A program made the position numbers and the translations under genes. DNA of 64,000 nucleotides from an uncultured bacterium (GTDB lineage Bacteria > Actinomycetota > Geothermincolia > Geothermincolales > Geothermincolaceae): contig CAVXXD010000005.1 in NCBI GenBank assembly GCA_963765625.1, positions 322,008-386,007 of the forward strand, given 5' to 3'. Of the stretch, positions 1 to 9,845 are shown piece by piece (positions within the stretch are counted from its first letter, which is position 1; each line of letters begins with the position of its first letter). A model generated the notes under the pieces. The model made no database searches. It was not told where the DNA came from and saw only the letters and a program-made list of their open reading frames with translations.

Positions 1-486
1 CGCGGCATCTTTGAGGCCCAGCTTCTTCGCCCAGGAAGCCCGCTTGGCCCGCGGCGCCTGCCAGGGATTGCCGTAGTTCTCCAGCGACTTGACGATGGGC
101 TCATGGGCGGGCAGGGGTGCCTTGCCGTCCAGCACCGCCTTCTCCTTTAAGGCCGTGATGGTCTTCAAGGGGTCCTTGCCGGAATAGGGGGCGCACACCG
201 ACGTACAGCCCCCGCAGGAGGTACAGGTGTACAGGGCGTGCAGCAGCTTGTCGGTGTATTCCAGTTCGCCGGTCATCAGCCCGCGGGCGATCTCCTGCTT
301 GCCGGAGGCGTAGTAGGCCTCGAAACGCCAGCGTTTGCCGGAGGGACAGATGTCCACGAAACGGGGGTCGTCGTACTGCCCCTGGTAGACGTGGATGTAT
401 TTACAGAGGCTGCACTTGCTGCAGCGGTAAGCCATCTTCTGTACCTGCATCAGGGGATTATAAGGGTCGCGTGTCATCTTGGACAT
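1..486 (-). CDS. Fe-S cluster-binding subunit (GlcF-like), 5' part only; the gene runs off the window start
   Basis: Reverse-strand translation reads MSKMTRDPYNPL...YTCTSCGGCTSVCAPYSGKDPLKT, with CxxCxxC Fe-S motifs. The ATG at 484-486 overlaps the stop of the upstream FAD-oxidase gene in an ATGA arrangement, the typical GlcD-GlcF organisation. Confidence 0.5.
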   Translation of the reverse strand, partial: MSKMTRDPYNPLMQVQKMAYRCSKCSLCKYIHVYQGQYDDPRFVDICPSGKRWRFEAYYASGKQEIARGLMTGELEYTDKLLHALYTCTSCGGCTSVCAPYSGKDPLKTITALKEKAVLDGKAPLPAHEPIVKSLENYGNPWQAPRAKRASWAKKLGLKDAA

Positions 487-1787
487 CACGCCTCACCCCC
501 TTCGGGTATCATCTGCCCGGGGTTCAAGACGCCGGACGGGTCAAGGCGGCGCTTGACCAGCCGCAGCATCTCCTCGTACTTGCCGGTCCGCCGGTAGACG
601 GCATGGGCCAGAGCACCGTGCGGGCCGGACGGGAAGGCCCCGGCGTCCAGCAGCTTTTCCCATTCCTCCAAGGCCGGGCGGACGGGCAGTTCGTACTGGG
701 TGTAAACCGAAGCGCCCCGTTTGACCGGCACCACCATCCGCGGCACGTCATTATTTAACATAGTGTCGAATTCCTCCACGCGCGAGAAGAGGGTGTAGAA
801 GCCCACGGCGCCGTCCGGCGCGTTCCATGGCCGCTTGAGGGCTTCGGCGAAGGCTGGCGCCGCGTCGGGCAACTCCGGCGCTCCTCCCAGTTCCTGGTCC
901 AGGCGCCGCCGGTAATAATCCACCAGGTCCCGCGTCCCCTCCAGTGCGGCTACTACCAGCCAGGGGGCGGCGGCCGTCTCCCCGCTCACCGCTTCCGCCT
1001 TGGCCCGGTTGAGCACCAGGCACTCTACGGCCATCTCCCGGCGGGAGATGAACTGCGCCGCCCTGAGGGCCGCCGATTCCTCCTCGAAGCCGAGGACGGT
1101 CACCCGCCTTTCTTCGAAGTGAGGATAGAGGTAGACGTAGCCCAGGTAGGCCAGCCCGAACATGTTGCGCGAGCCGAGCATGAGCCGGGAGATGTTGGGG
1201 CCGCCGTCCTCACGCCAGTTGACCCCGTGCTCCTCGGCATGGGGCAGAGCGTGCGAGCCGCTCTTGTAGATGCGGCCATCCGCCAGCACCATGTGCAGGT
1301 TGGAGAGTTGCTTGTTGGTGTAGCGCGATGCCGAAAGTAGTATCTCCCTCTCCTGGTAGGCCGGGAGAACATAGGGGTGCCGGGCGGCGGCCGGCAGGGC
1401 CATGCGCAGGCCCAGAGCTTCCACCTCGGGCAGCAGCCGGTCCCAGGTGACTCCCGGTTCGATCCGTGCCGTCAGCTTCTTTACGTCCAGTGAGAGGATG
1501 CGGTCCATGGGGGCCTGGTCCACGATCACCCCGGGGCGTTGCGGCTCCAGCCCGAATGGCATGGGCGTGTAGACTGCCAGCCCACTCCGGGCCGCCTGGG
1601 TCAGCAGGCCCTGGAGCTCTTCCAGGCTGGCAGGCTTGGCCACGGCCAGGATGTTTCCGGCGTCTGCGTGGTCCACCAGGTAAGGCATGGCGTCGGACGG
1701 CTTCTCCGACCACCTCTCCGGGGCGAAGATGACACGCTTCATCCCCGCCAGGGGCAACGAGTACTCCCTCTCCTTCACGATCTCCAT
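486..1787 (-). CDS. FAD-binding oxidoreductase (FAD-linked oxidase, GlcD / D-lactate dehydrogenase-like)
   Basis: 433-aa ORF whose C-terminal motif DPSGVLNPGQMIP is characteristic of FAD-linked oxidases. It is translationally coupled to the downstream Fe-S subunit. Confidence 0.7.
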   Translation of the reverse strand: MEIVKEREYSLPLAGMKRVIFAPERWSEKPSDAMPYLVDHADAGNILAVAKPASLEELQGLLTQAARSGLAVYTPMPFGLEPQRPGVIVDQAPMDRILSLDVKKLTARIEPGVTWDRLLPEVEALGLRMALPAAARHPYVLPAYQEREILLSASRYTNKQLSNLHMVLADGRIYKSGSHALPHAEEHGVNWREDGGPNISRLMLGSRNMFGLAYLGYVYLYPHFEERRVTVLGFEEESAALRAAQFISRREMAVECLVLNRAKAEAVSGETAAAPWLVVAALEGTRDLVDYYRRRLDQELGGAPELPDAAPAFAEALKRPWNAPDGAVGFYTLFSRVEEFDTMLNNDVPRMVVPVKRGASVYTQYELPVRPALEEWEKLLDAGAFPSGPHGALAHAVYRRTGKYEEMLRLVKRRLDPSGVLNPGQMIPEGGEA

Positions 1788-1988
1788 TCTTACACCTCCT
1801 GCTCAACGGACCTGGGCATACCGGAAGCCGGGGAAGAGTGTAAACGTCGCTGCGAAGAGGGCCCAACAGAATCAGCATGTGGCTACTGATGATTGTTGTC
1901 TTGGGATGACCGCTAGTCAACCACCGGGGCAACCGATGAGCATAACGCGAGGTAGAATCGTTGAAACAAGTCGACAATCGACCCCATG

Positions 1989-2018
1989 TAAAAAGGGGCG
2001 GACCGAAGCCCGCCCCTT
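1989..2018 (-). terminator. Rho-independent terminator downstream of the acetate-transporter gene
   Basis: GC hairpin AGGGGCGG-accgaagc-CCGCCCCT followed by a T-tract on the minus strand, placed immediately after the stop at 2040. Confidence 0.5.
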
Positions 2019-2039
2019 GTAGATGCTGAGATTTCCGGT

Positions 2040-2687
2040 TTAGAGATCTTCCGGGGCCTTGTAGGCATCCTTCTCGCCCATGGGCCAGATGGGAGCGATG
2101 ACCTTGCCGTACATCTCGTTCCACAGCTCGGCCTGGGCCAGGTAGATGGCCGAAGCGCCACAGATGATGCCGATGACACCGGCGATCTTGAGGACGGTAC
2201 CCGACTTGCCGGGATAGGAGAACCAGGCGAAGTGGACGGCCAGCAGGCCGTAGAGGGTGGTCAGGGAGAGAAACACGAATTGCAGCACCCGGTTGACCCT
2301 CAGGGTGCCTACGAACATCAGCAGGGTGAACAGTCCCCACAGCGCCAGGTACCAGGCAAAGCCCTTGTTGGCCGGTTCGAGTACCAGAAGCGTCTTTTCA
2401 CCAATCTGCCATCCCATCAGGGCAGGCTTCATGATGATGATGAACACCAGGGTCAGCCAGAAGGACCCGTAGGCGATGAAGGCGGTGGTCCCGAAGGTGT
2501 TGCCCTTCTTGTATTCCATGATCCCCGCGATGATCTGGGCGATGCCGCCCAGGAAGATGCCCATGGCCAGGATGGGCGCGTCCTGCTTGAACAGACCCGC
2601 GTTGTGCAGGTTGAGCAGGATGGTGGTCATGCCGAAGCAGGTCAGGCCCAGTACTGCCGGATTAGCCAGCTTTACGTCATCTGCCAT
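2040..2687 (-). CDS. satP: GPR1/FUN34/YaaH family acetate uptake transporter
   Basis: NPAVLGLTCFGMTT signature (the NPAPLGL motif of the family) and six predicted TM helices. I moved the start to MADDVKLANP, which has a GGAGAG ribosome-binding site (RBS) upstream. The longer ORF start looks like an artefactual extension. Confidence 0.75.
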   Translation of the reverse strand: MADDVKLANPAVLGLTCFGMTTILLNLHNAGLFKQDAPILAMGIFLGGIAQIIAGIMEYKKGNTFGTTAFIAYGSFWLTLVFIIIMKPALMGWQIGEKTLLVLEPANKGFAWYLALWGLFTLLMFVGTLRVNRVLQFVFLSLTTLYGLLAVHFAWFSYPGKSGTVLKIAGVIGIICGASAIYLAQAELWNEMYGKVIAPIWPMGEKDAYKAPEDL

Positions 2688-2821
2688 TGCTTCTTCTACT
2701 CTCCTTTCCTTTCTCTCTGCGTTTCTACTACAACCGATCCAACAAAACTTACGCAAACGGCAAGATGATAGCATGGCGCCACACTGCTAGCAACATGAAT
2801 TTTTCCGGTCACGGAAAAGCT

Positions 2822-2846
2822 TAAAGGGCGGCCTTCAGGCCGCCCT
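2822..2846 (-). terminator. Terminator hairpin downstream of dfx
   Basis: GGGCGGCC-ttca-GGCCGCCC hairpin followed by a T-rich tract on the minus strand. Confidence 0.45.
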
Positions 2847-2879
2847 CGCGCCGTATCAGGTATCCGAGGAGCTAGCGGC

Positions 2880-3257
2880 TCAGCTGCTCTTCCAGAGGCC
2901 GTGCAGGTTGCAGTATTCGCGTGCGTAGGCCCCGTCCGGCGTGGCGCCGAAAAGGGCTTCCGGGGCGCCGTTGACCTCCAGGAAGATGCGGTAGCTCAGG
3001 TTGCCCTGGATGAGCTGCGCCCACTCGATGTGGTGATCCTCGGCCATGGGGTGCGGCACACTCCCGATCTTGACCGTGATGCCTTCGGCGGTCTTCTCGA
3101 TCACCGGCACGTGCTTCTCGACGGCGGCATCCACCGAGTCCTCCACCTGAAGGGCCATGGGCTGTCCGCAACAGACCAGTTCTCCCTTGCCGGCGGTTAG
3201 CACCTCCACTATGTTGCCGCAGACCTCGCACTTGTAGACCTGAAGTCTCTCCGTCAT
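2880..3257 (-). CDS. dfx: Desulfoferrodoxin (two-iron superoxide reductase)
   Basis: N-terminal desulforedoxin-type CEVCGNIVEV...CCG domain, followed by a neelaredoxin domain carrying the HPM...HHIEW iron ligands. Confidence 0.85.
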   Translation of the reverse strand: MTERLQVYKCEVCGNIVEVLTAGKGELVCCGQPMALQVEDSVDAAVEKHVPVIEKTAEGITVKIGSVPHPMAEDHHIEWAQLIQGNLSYRIFLEVNGAPEALFGATPDGAYAREYCNLHGLWKSS

Positions 3258-3370
3258 CTGTTGTAACCTCCTTTATCAGCAAGCCTTACGTTCCAAGAGA
3301 TTCTTATACCCTCGAAGCCCGGCAGCTAAACGGCTCCGGCTCGTCCCCCCTCCTCTTCATGCCCCAACCC

Positions 3371-3396
3371 AAAAGCGGGCCGGCAAGGCCCGCCCT
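3371..3396 (-). terminator. Rho-independent terminator
   Basis: GGGCGGGCC-ttgcc-GGCCCGC hairpin followed by TTTTGGGTT on the minus strand, downstream of the 3431..3748 ORF. Confidence 0.45.
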
Positions 3397-3430
3397 CATG
3401 CACGATCGGCCTTCGCGGCCAAGACGGCCG

Positions 3431-3748
3431 CTATTCCTTGTTGAACATCTCGAAGAGCATGTGAGGTGTGATAGCATCCTCCCGCGTTTCGCTGGCATAG
3501 TCGTCGATGTAGGGTACGGCCAGCTTATTCCAGGTCTCATGGTCCCAGGGGCTGTCGTTGTTGATGATGGCCACCGTGTATCCCTCGCCGTCGTTGGTCA
3601 TGGCCTGGATCTCCTGCGTCTTGACATTTTTCTCCAGTATCTCGGTGATGGCGTCCCGTAGCAGGGTAAGCGCCGCACTGTTCCCTACGATACTGGCCTT
3701 GTCATGAAAGAAGAACTGAGAAAAAATGTGCAGCAAGGGATAGTCCAC
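3431..3748 (-). CDS. Hypothetical protein
   Basis: 105-aa ORF with a terminator downstream and no recognisable motif. Confidence 0.35.
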   Translation of the reverse strand: MDYPLLHIFSQFFFHDKASIVGNSAALTLLRDAITEILEKNVKTQEIQAMTNDGEGYTVAIINNDSPWDHETWNKLAVPYIDDYASETREDAITPHMLFEMFNKE

Positions 3749-3940
3749 CCTTGTTCACCTCCTCGTCACGCTCCAAGCTCAACGCTTCACTTAGTTCGAT
3801 GACTATTGTAACACGTTGAAGAGAATAACGTGCTTGTAAACGAGCTGAAAAATGTCGGCTCCAGGGAAGCACAAACCAGGGCGGAAAGGAATGGGAATTT
3901 GCCTTGCGCCGTGAAACCCTGCTCCTGGAGCCTGACGATA

Positions 3941-4213
3941 TTAATACTGATAAGAGTCCCGCGACTCAGTACGCCTCGGCCTGGCCTCGCTCACATTGAT
4001 GCCGCGCCCGCCTACGTCCTTGCCGTTCAAAGCTTGAATGGCCGAACGGGCCGCCTCTTCGTCGCTCATCTCCACGAAACCGAATCCCTTGGAACGGTTG
4101 GTGCTGCGATCGATGATCACCTCAGCCGAATCCACCGAACCGAATTCGCTGAAGAGCGTACGAAGCTCTTCCGAATCCGTGGAATAACTCAGATTTCCCG
4201 CGTAAATCCTCAC
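3941..4213 (-). CDS. RNA-binding protein (RRM domain)
   Basis: RNP-2 motif IYAGNL and RNP-1 motif KGFGFVEM. 90 aa, the usual size for a bacterial RRM protein. Confidence 0.8.
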   Translation of the reverse strand: MRIYAGNLSYSTDSEELRTLFSEFGSVDSAEVIIDRSTNRSKGFGFVEMSDEEAARSAIQALNGKDVGGRGINVSEARPRRTESRDSYQY

Positions 4214-4421
4214 CCTATTTCACCCCCTCCTGTCCTCATACAAAAACCGAGGATACGGTCTCCTCGGTCCTCACAGCTAACTTACCTTGAAAAACCGGAC
4301 GTGCATATCATAGCAAAAACCATGCCCCGGTTCAACACAGATTTGATAACCCATAAAGCCGCTTTCCGACAGGCCGTTCCTTGCTATTGTTAAAAACCAT
4401 TCAGCCATTATAATTGTTTGT

Positions 4422-4497
4422 GGGCCGCTAGCTCAGTTGGTAGAGCACCGGACTTTTAATCCGTAGGTCGAGGGTTCGAGTCCCTCGCGGCTCACCA
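4422..4497 (+). tRNA. tRNA-Lys (anticodon TTT)
   Basis: 76-nt cloverleaf: GGGCCGC acceptor stem, GTTCGAGTCC T-loop, CTTTTAA anticodon loop and 3' CCA. Confidence 0.85.
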
Positions 4498-4502
4498 GAA
4501 TA

Positions 4503-4535
4503 AAAGGGTTGTGACCGGCAGGTCCAACCCTTCTT
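4503..4535. terminator. Hairpin between the tRNA-Lys 3' end and the acyltransferase stop; possible bidirectional terminator
   Basis: AAGGGTTG-tgaccggcaggtc-CAACCCTT stem between convergent genes. Confidence 0.4.
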
Positions 4536-4537
4536 GA

Positions 4538-5596
4538 TTAATCAGGGGGATCAGCCATAGGGGCGAGCGCCACTCGTTGCCTCTTGCCCAGGAGCAACGC
4601 GCCGAGGACCTTGGATCTTCGCAGGACGAGAAAAGAGAGGGCGAGCGAGAGCAACACCCCCGCAACAAAAGCAGAGATGATTCTTACCCAGCCGGTTCCG
4701 AAAGAAGCCCTCATGAATATTTGATGGGCTACGTAGATATCCATGGTCACCAGGCCGAACCAGCAGAGCATCTTGTATGCGGCACCGTGCCTCAGGAGCC
4801 TGATAAAACCATACGAAGCGAAGATCCCAAGCAGCGCGATCACATATCCCATCAGGAACTCATCGGGGCTTGAAACGATCTCCCCCACGCTGAGGAAGTC
4901 GCGGACAAGCCGGAGGTCTCTGCCGGCGAGTACGACAAGAACAAGGAAGAGTGCCGAAGCGCCCGCGAGCGCCGAATTGACGATGCATGGTCTTATCCGC
5001 CTGAGCGACTCCCTGTGTTTGGCGGCAAGATATCCGATGGCGAAAAACGAGAAGAAGGACCGCAGCAGCTTGAACCCCAGAATGTTCAGGGGTGAGACGT
5101 TGAAGACAATGACCAGCAAGGCGAGAGCTATCCCTCCAAGATATTTTCGCTTCGACTCGAGGAACGTCACCGGGATGAGGCACATGTAGCAGAGAAAGAG
5201 AAACCACAGGTACCACAACGCATACTCCGGGTGCAGTAGATCTGATTTGAGCGTGCCGATGTAGACGGTCTCATGGAATACGTAATAATCAAGCAGTTGA
5301 TTGACAGGTATCCAGGCCAGGAAGGGGACGATCAGCCTCAGGAACTTGTCCACTGGCCCGATGCTCTTTCCGTAAATGACAAATCCGCTCACCAAGGCGA
5401 AAAGCGGCATATGGAAGGCGTAGATAAAGAGATACGCGGGAGAGTTGCTGTATTCCGGGTATCCATAATAGCTGACGACATGACCCAGGACGACCAACAG
5501 GATAGCCATCCCCCTCAGGGCATCGATATCCAGGTTCCGCCCCGGCACGTCGCTGACCCGGGGGATCGGCAGCGACTTGGAGATGAGAGTTTTCAA
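4538..5596 (-). CDS. Acyltransferase family 3 membrane protein (O-acyltransferase)
   Basis: LRGMAILLVVLGH motif near the N-terminus and about 10 TM helices. Confidence 0.7.
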   Translation of the reverse strand: MKTLISKSLPIPRVSDVPGRNLDIDALRGMAILLVVLGHVVSYYGYPEYSNSPAYLFIYAFHMPLFALVSGFVIYGKSIGPVDKFLRLIVPFLAWIPVNQLLDYYVFHETVYIGTLKSDLLHPEYALWYLWFLFLCYMCLIPVTFLESKRKYLGGIALALLVIVFNVSPLNILGFKLLRSFFSFFAIGYLAAKHRESLRRIRPCIVNSALAGASALFLVLVVLAGRDLRLVRDFLSVGEIVSSPDEFLMGYVIALLGIFASYGFIRLLRHGAAYKMLCWFGLVTMDIYVAHQIFMRASFGTGWVRIISAFVAGVLLSLALSFLVLRRSKVLGALLLGKRQRVALAPMADPPD

Positions 5597-5811
5597 GCTG
5601 CATCGTCTTTCTCTTATCGAGTTTTCTTAATTATATCCGGTTAAGACAAGACCACGTCCTTTAAATGGAGTTATAATTTCAGGGACTGAGAAAAATCATG
5701 TTCCAATGCAACCACAAGTGGGGATAATAAATACAGGCTGCATTGATAACCAGGTTGTTCAACCGGGAAGACAAGGAGTGGTGGGGCACTCCGCAAAGGA
5801 GGTTGGGGCAG

Positions 5812-6761
5812 ATGGCTGGAAGCACTAAGGTCGGCAAAAACCGTAGCTCCCGCGTGTTGTGGGAGATCACCGCGCTGGTGGTGGTGGTGTACCTGATCGG
5901 GGGTCTTGCGGCTTTCCTCATTGCGCGGAACTCCTACAACGACCTGTCGCGGGAGAGCGTGGACAAACTCATCGATGAGAAAGCCCAGACCATCAGCTCC
6001 AGCTACGACTACCTGGCCACCGCGGAGATGGAGATCATGCTGGAGAAGTACGGGGTCGAGAACATCGACCGCGCCCAGGCTCTACGCCAAGCTGCTGGCG
6101 GGAAACAAGAACGATATCGACCCACTGCAGGAGTACCTCGACACGACCACCCAGGGCATGGTCGAGAAGGGGCTGCTGGGGCTGCAGAAGATCTTCATCG
6201 TCGTACCGCCCAGCTCCCTGACGCCGAATCCCATCACCATCGCTTCCAACGATCCCGACCTTGTTTTCTACGACTTCCCTGAAAGCATCGACCAGGCCAT
6301 TGAGGATGGTGAATCATGGATACTGCTGGAAGAGGGCATTCCAGCGCTGGGCCTGGAGGACGAGCAGCTGGTGACCCTGACCCAGGTCACCTCCCCGGTG
6401 GCTCCCGACGTCAAAGTCTCTTTCATCGGGATCACCCCCATGCACTCAGACATCGCCGAGATCAAAGCATTCTACGATGACGAGAAGAAGGACACCATGA
6501 TGCGAGTGGGGCGTGATCACCCTGATATCTATCGTGATCATCATGGTCCTGACCTTCTTCGTCCTGCGCCTGCTCATCCGCAAGCGCATCACCGAGCCCA
6601 TCGACATCCTCTCGGCCGAGGCCGGAGAAGTAATGGAGGGCAACCTGGACATCGACGTAGTGGTGCACGAGGGAGGCGAGTTCGAAGGGCTGGAGACCGC
6701 CTTTAAAAAGATGGTGGAGAGCATCCGCACCTACATCGCCAGGAGCCTCGGAGGAGAATAG
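5812..6761 (+). CDS. Membrane sensor-like protein (TM, extracytoplasmic domain, TM, HAMP), copy 1; reading frame broken twice
   Basis: Three consecutive ORF pieces (frames 1, 2, 0) line up with the paralogue at 6783..7732. The ATG at 5812 follows an AAAGGAGG RBS. The protein ends with a HAMP-like segment (RITEPIDILSAEAGEVMEGNLDIDV...) and has no output domain. Confidence 0.55.
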
Positions 6762-6782
6762 ACACAAAGGAGGTCTGAACCA

Positions 6783-7732
6783 ATGGGTGGGAACGGTAAA
6801 CCAGGCAAGAACCGAAGCTCCCGCGTGCTGTGGGAGATCACCACGCTGGTGGTGGTGGTGTACCTCATCGGGGGGCTGGCAGCTTTTCTTATAGCGCAGA
6901 ACTCCTACAACAACCTGTCCGAGGAAAGCGTCAATAAACTGATCGAGGAGAAGGCCAACACCATCTCCTCCAGCTACAACTACCTGGTCAAGGCGCAGAC
7001 GGACATCCTCTTCAAGGAATACGACACTGCCAGCGTCGACCTGCCCACGTTCTACGCAAGGCTGGTGGCGGGCGACAAGAACGACCTCGACCCCCTGCAG
7101 GTCTACATCGACACCAAGATGGAAGCGATGGTGGAAGAAGGCCTGCTGGACCTGCAATACCTCTTCATGATCATTCCCCCCAACCCGCTCTCCAAGAACC
7201 CCATCACCCTCGCGTCCAGCGACCCGGAACTGGTCTTCATGGACATGCCCCCGGAAATATCCGATGCCATCGAGGAAGAGAAGAGCTGGGTCATCCTGGA
7301 GGACGGCATCCCGGCGCTCGGCCTGGAAGGCGAGCAACTGGTGACCTTCACCAAGATCACGTCGCCCTTCGAATCCAACGTCATTATCAGCTTCGTGGGC
7401 ATCACCGACATGAGCTGGGACATCGCCGAGATCAGGCAGTTCTACGACGACGAGAAGAAGGACGCCATGGTCGAGTGGGGCGTGATCGACCCTGCATCTC
7501 CATCGTGATCATCATGATCATTACCTTCTTCGTCCTCCGCTGGCTCATCCGCAAGCGCATCACCGAGCCCATCGACATCCTCTCGGCCGAGGCCGGGGAA
7601 GTGATGGAGGGCAACCTGGACATCGACGTAGTGGTGCACGAGGGAGGCGAGTTCGAAGGGCTGGAGACCGCCTTCAAGAAGATGGTGGAGAGCATCCGCA
7701 CCTACATCGCCAGGAGCCTGGGTGACGGTTAA
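6783..7732 (+). CDS. Membrane sensor-like protein (TM, extracytoplasmic domain, TM, HAMP), copy 2; one frame disruption just before the second TM helix
   Basis: AAAGGAGG RBS. ORFs 6783..7508 and 7475..7732 are about 60% identical to copy 1. The gene is followed by a strong terminator. Confidence 0.55.
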
Positions 7733-7765
7733 GCGCTTTACAGGTCACGAGAAAAAGGCCGGGGC

Positions 7766-7795
7766 TTCCGCCCCGGCCTTCTTCGTTGATCGATT
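7766..7795 (+). terminator. Rho-independent terminator
   Basis: GGCCGGGGC-ttcc-GCCCCGGCC hairpin followed by TTCTTCGTT. Confidence 0.55.
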
Positions 7796-7933
7796 ATAGA
7801 GCTGTTACCGGATGGTAGCGGAGTAAGGGAAGGATGATAATGGCGGACAGGGAACCTGAGGCCTTACAGCAACGCCGCGGCTTACGCCCTCAAGCTTGCT
7901 TTCGCGGCAGCGGAGACGGCGGGTGGAGCGCTG

Positions 7934-8773
7934 TTGATCAACCGCTGCGCGCCCCGGGTGGCCGGCGTGGAACGCAGGGCGCGTTACGTCGCGGGCGGGC
8001 ACCGCTTGCAGTCCGTCGACATCTTCAAGCCGCCGGGCGAACCGCCCTACCCGGTGCTGGTCTGGTTCCACGGCGGGGCCCACCACGTAGGCCACAAGCG
8101 CTTCTACGACCGGGTCTGCAAGACCTTCGCCCACGCCGGCTATCTCGTCTTCAACGTCGACTACCGCATGGCCCCGCGTTTCAAGTTCAGGGAGCAGTGG
8201 CAAGACGTCGCGGCCGCGGTGAAGTGGGCTTACGACAACGCCCACTGGTACGGCGGGGACAATTCCCGCTTCTTCCTGGGTGGGGACTCCGCCGGCGCCT
8301 CCCTCTCCTCCGCCTACGCGGTGATGACCCAGGACGAGGAGTTGAGGAGGGAGATCGGCGCGTGCGATTGCCTGCCGACGGAGGCGCTGACGGGACTGCT
8401 GCTCGTCTACGGCGTCTATGATACCGAGACCGTGCAGGAGACGAAGTTCCCCACGACCCGCTTCGTCATGACCGGCTACATCAGCCGGGACCCGGAAGAA
8501 GTGATCCGGTGCTCGGAGTACGCCTCCCCCCTGCGACATGTCCGGCCCGGCTTCCCACCTTGCTTCATCCCCTCGAGCGAGGTCGACCCGCTCCATTCCG
8601 AGACGCTGGCCCTCCTCCCGGTGCTCGAGGCAAACGGCGTCGAATACCGCTACCTCAACCTGACCCGGGACAAGTATCCCTTCGCCCAGCACGGCTACAT
8701 CAACTTCTGGTTCATGCCCGAGGCACGGCTGACCATGCGCGAAGCGCTGGAATTCCTCGAGGAAAGAAGCTGA
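7934..8773 (+). CDS. Alpha/beta hydrolase (esterase/lipase, hormone-sensitive-lipase-type)
   Basis: HGG oxyanion motif (WFHGGAHH) and GDSAG nucleophile-elbow motif. Confidence 0.75.
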   Translation: MINRCAPRVAGVERRARYVAGGHRLQSVDIFKPPGEPPYPVLVWFHGGAHHVGHKRFYDRVCKTFAHAGYLVFNVDYRMAPRFKFREQWQDVAAAVKWAYDNAHWYGGDNSRFFLGGDSAGASLSSAYAVMTQDEELRREIGACDCLPTEALTGLLLVYGVYDTETVQETKFPTTRFVMTGYISRDPEEVIRCSEYASPLRHVRPGFPPCFIPSSEVDPLHSETLALLPVLEANGVEYRYLNLTRDKYPFAQHGYINFWFMPEARLTMREALEFLEERS

Positions 8774-8794
8774 TCCGGGAGCGGGTACTCCGCT

Positions 8795-9766
8795 TCAGGC
8801 CCCCTCTTCCTCTCCCGGCTTGACATACCAGAGACCGGCGGCGTGGCCGCGGTTCCAGGCCTCCAGCATGATCATCAGGCGCCGGTCGCGACGGCGCAGG
8901 ACCTCTTCCTCGTCCATCCCGGCATACTCGTAGAACCCCTTGCCGGCCTTGACCCCCAGCTCGCCTCGCTCCACCCGCTCCCGCAGGGGGGCCGGAGGTT
9001 CAAAACCCATGGTTCGGGCGGATGCCGCCACCACGTCGAGTCCCCCCAGGTCCATGGTGGCGAAGGGCCCACCGGTGGCCAGGCGCAGGCCGATGGAGGA
9101 TTCCACGGCATGGTCGATGTCCTCCGGGTCCAGCAACCCTTCCTGGAGGATCATGTAGGCCATGCCGTTGAGGGCCAGCTGGAAGCGGTTGACTATGAAA
9201 CCGGGAATGTAGCGCTTGACCAGAAGGGGGCGCTTGCCCACTTCGTAGAGGAGGGTCATCATGGAGGCGGCCGCGGCCTCATCGGTCCTGTCCCCCAACA
9301 CCACTTCCACCAGGGGCACCAGCTGGGGCGGGTTGAAGAAGTGAGCGATGAGGACGCGGGGGGCGATCTCCTCGCCCACTTCGGCCATGACGTTGAAGGT
9401 GGAAGTGTTGGAGGCGAGTATGGCGTGGGCCGGAGCAAGGTCGCCTAACTGCCGGAAGACTTCCTTCTTCAGCTCCAGGTCCTCCGGCACCGCCTCGATG
9501 ACGTAGTCGGCGCCTTCCAGGGCCTTGGCCAGGTCGCTGGTGGACTCGATGCGCACCAGGGCTTCCTCCACTTCATGCGAGGCTATCCATCCCATCTCCA
9601 CCTGGATGTCCAGGTTGGAGCGGGCGCGCCGCAAGGCCCTCTCCAGCGACTCCCCGGAAACGTCGTGCAGCCCTACCCAATTGCCTTTCTGGGCGAACAG
9701 CTGGGCCAGCCCTCCCCCCATCACTCCCGCGCCCACGATGGTGACTTTCCTTATGCCCGCCTTCAT
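8795..9766 (-). CDS. hbd: 3-hydroxyacyl-CoA (3-hydroxybutyryl-CoA) dehydrogenase
   Basis: N-terminal Rossmann motif VTIVGAGVMGGG. The rest of the sequence resembles Hbd/FadB-family dehydrogenases. Confidence 0.85.
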   Translation of the reverse strand: MKAGIRKVTIVGAGVMGGGLAQLFAQKGNWVGLHDVSGESLERALRRARSNLDIQVEMGWIASHEVEEALVRIESTSDLAKALEGADYVIEAVPEDLELKKEVFRQLGDLAPAHAILASNTSTFNVMAEVGEEIAPRVLIAHFFNPPQLVPLVEVVLGDRTDEAAAASMMTLLYEVGKRPLLVKRYIPGFIVNRFQLALNGMAYMILQEGLLDPEDIDHAVESSIGLRLATGGPFATMDLGGLDVVAASARTMGFEPPAPLRERVERGELGVKAGKGFYEYAGMDEEEVLRRRDRRLMIMLEAWNRGHAAGLWYVKPGEEEGA

Positions 9767-9845
9767 CGGCCATGCCCCCTTTTAAGAATCCTCCGCCGCC
9801 CCACCCAGGAGGTCGAGGGCCGCCCGGTAACCTTCCTGCGTGGCC

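Noticed and set aside
1210-2340. Long antisense or alternative-frame ORFs throughout the window, for example 1210..2340(-), 7805..8692(-), 16016..17302(-), 17730..19040(-), 20353..21636(+), 23142..24257(+), 31359..32123(+), 52294..53481(-) and 61864..63069(+)
   Set aside because: All lie opposite or out of frame to genes with clear homology. Their translations are low-complexity and Arg/Gly/Pro-rich, typical of shadow ORFs in high-GC DNA.
6446-7701. Minus-strand ORFs 6446..6730 and 7432..7701 with almost identical translations (MRMLSTIFLKAVSSPSNSPP...)
   Set aside because: They are antisense to the two paralogous HAMP segments. The identity reflects the duplicated plus-strand genes, not a real antisense gene family.
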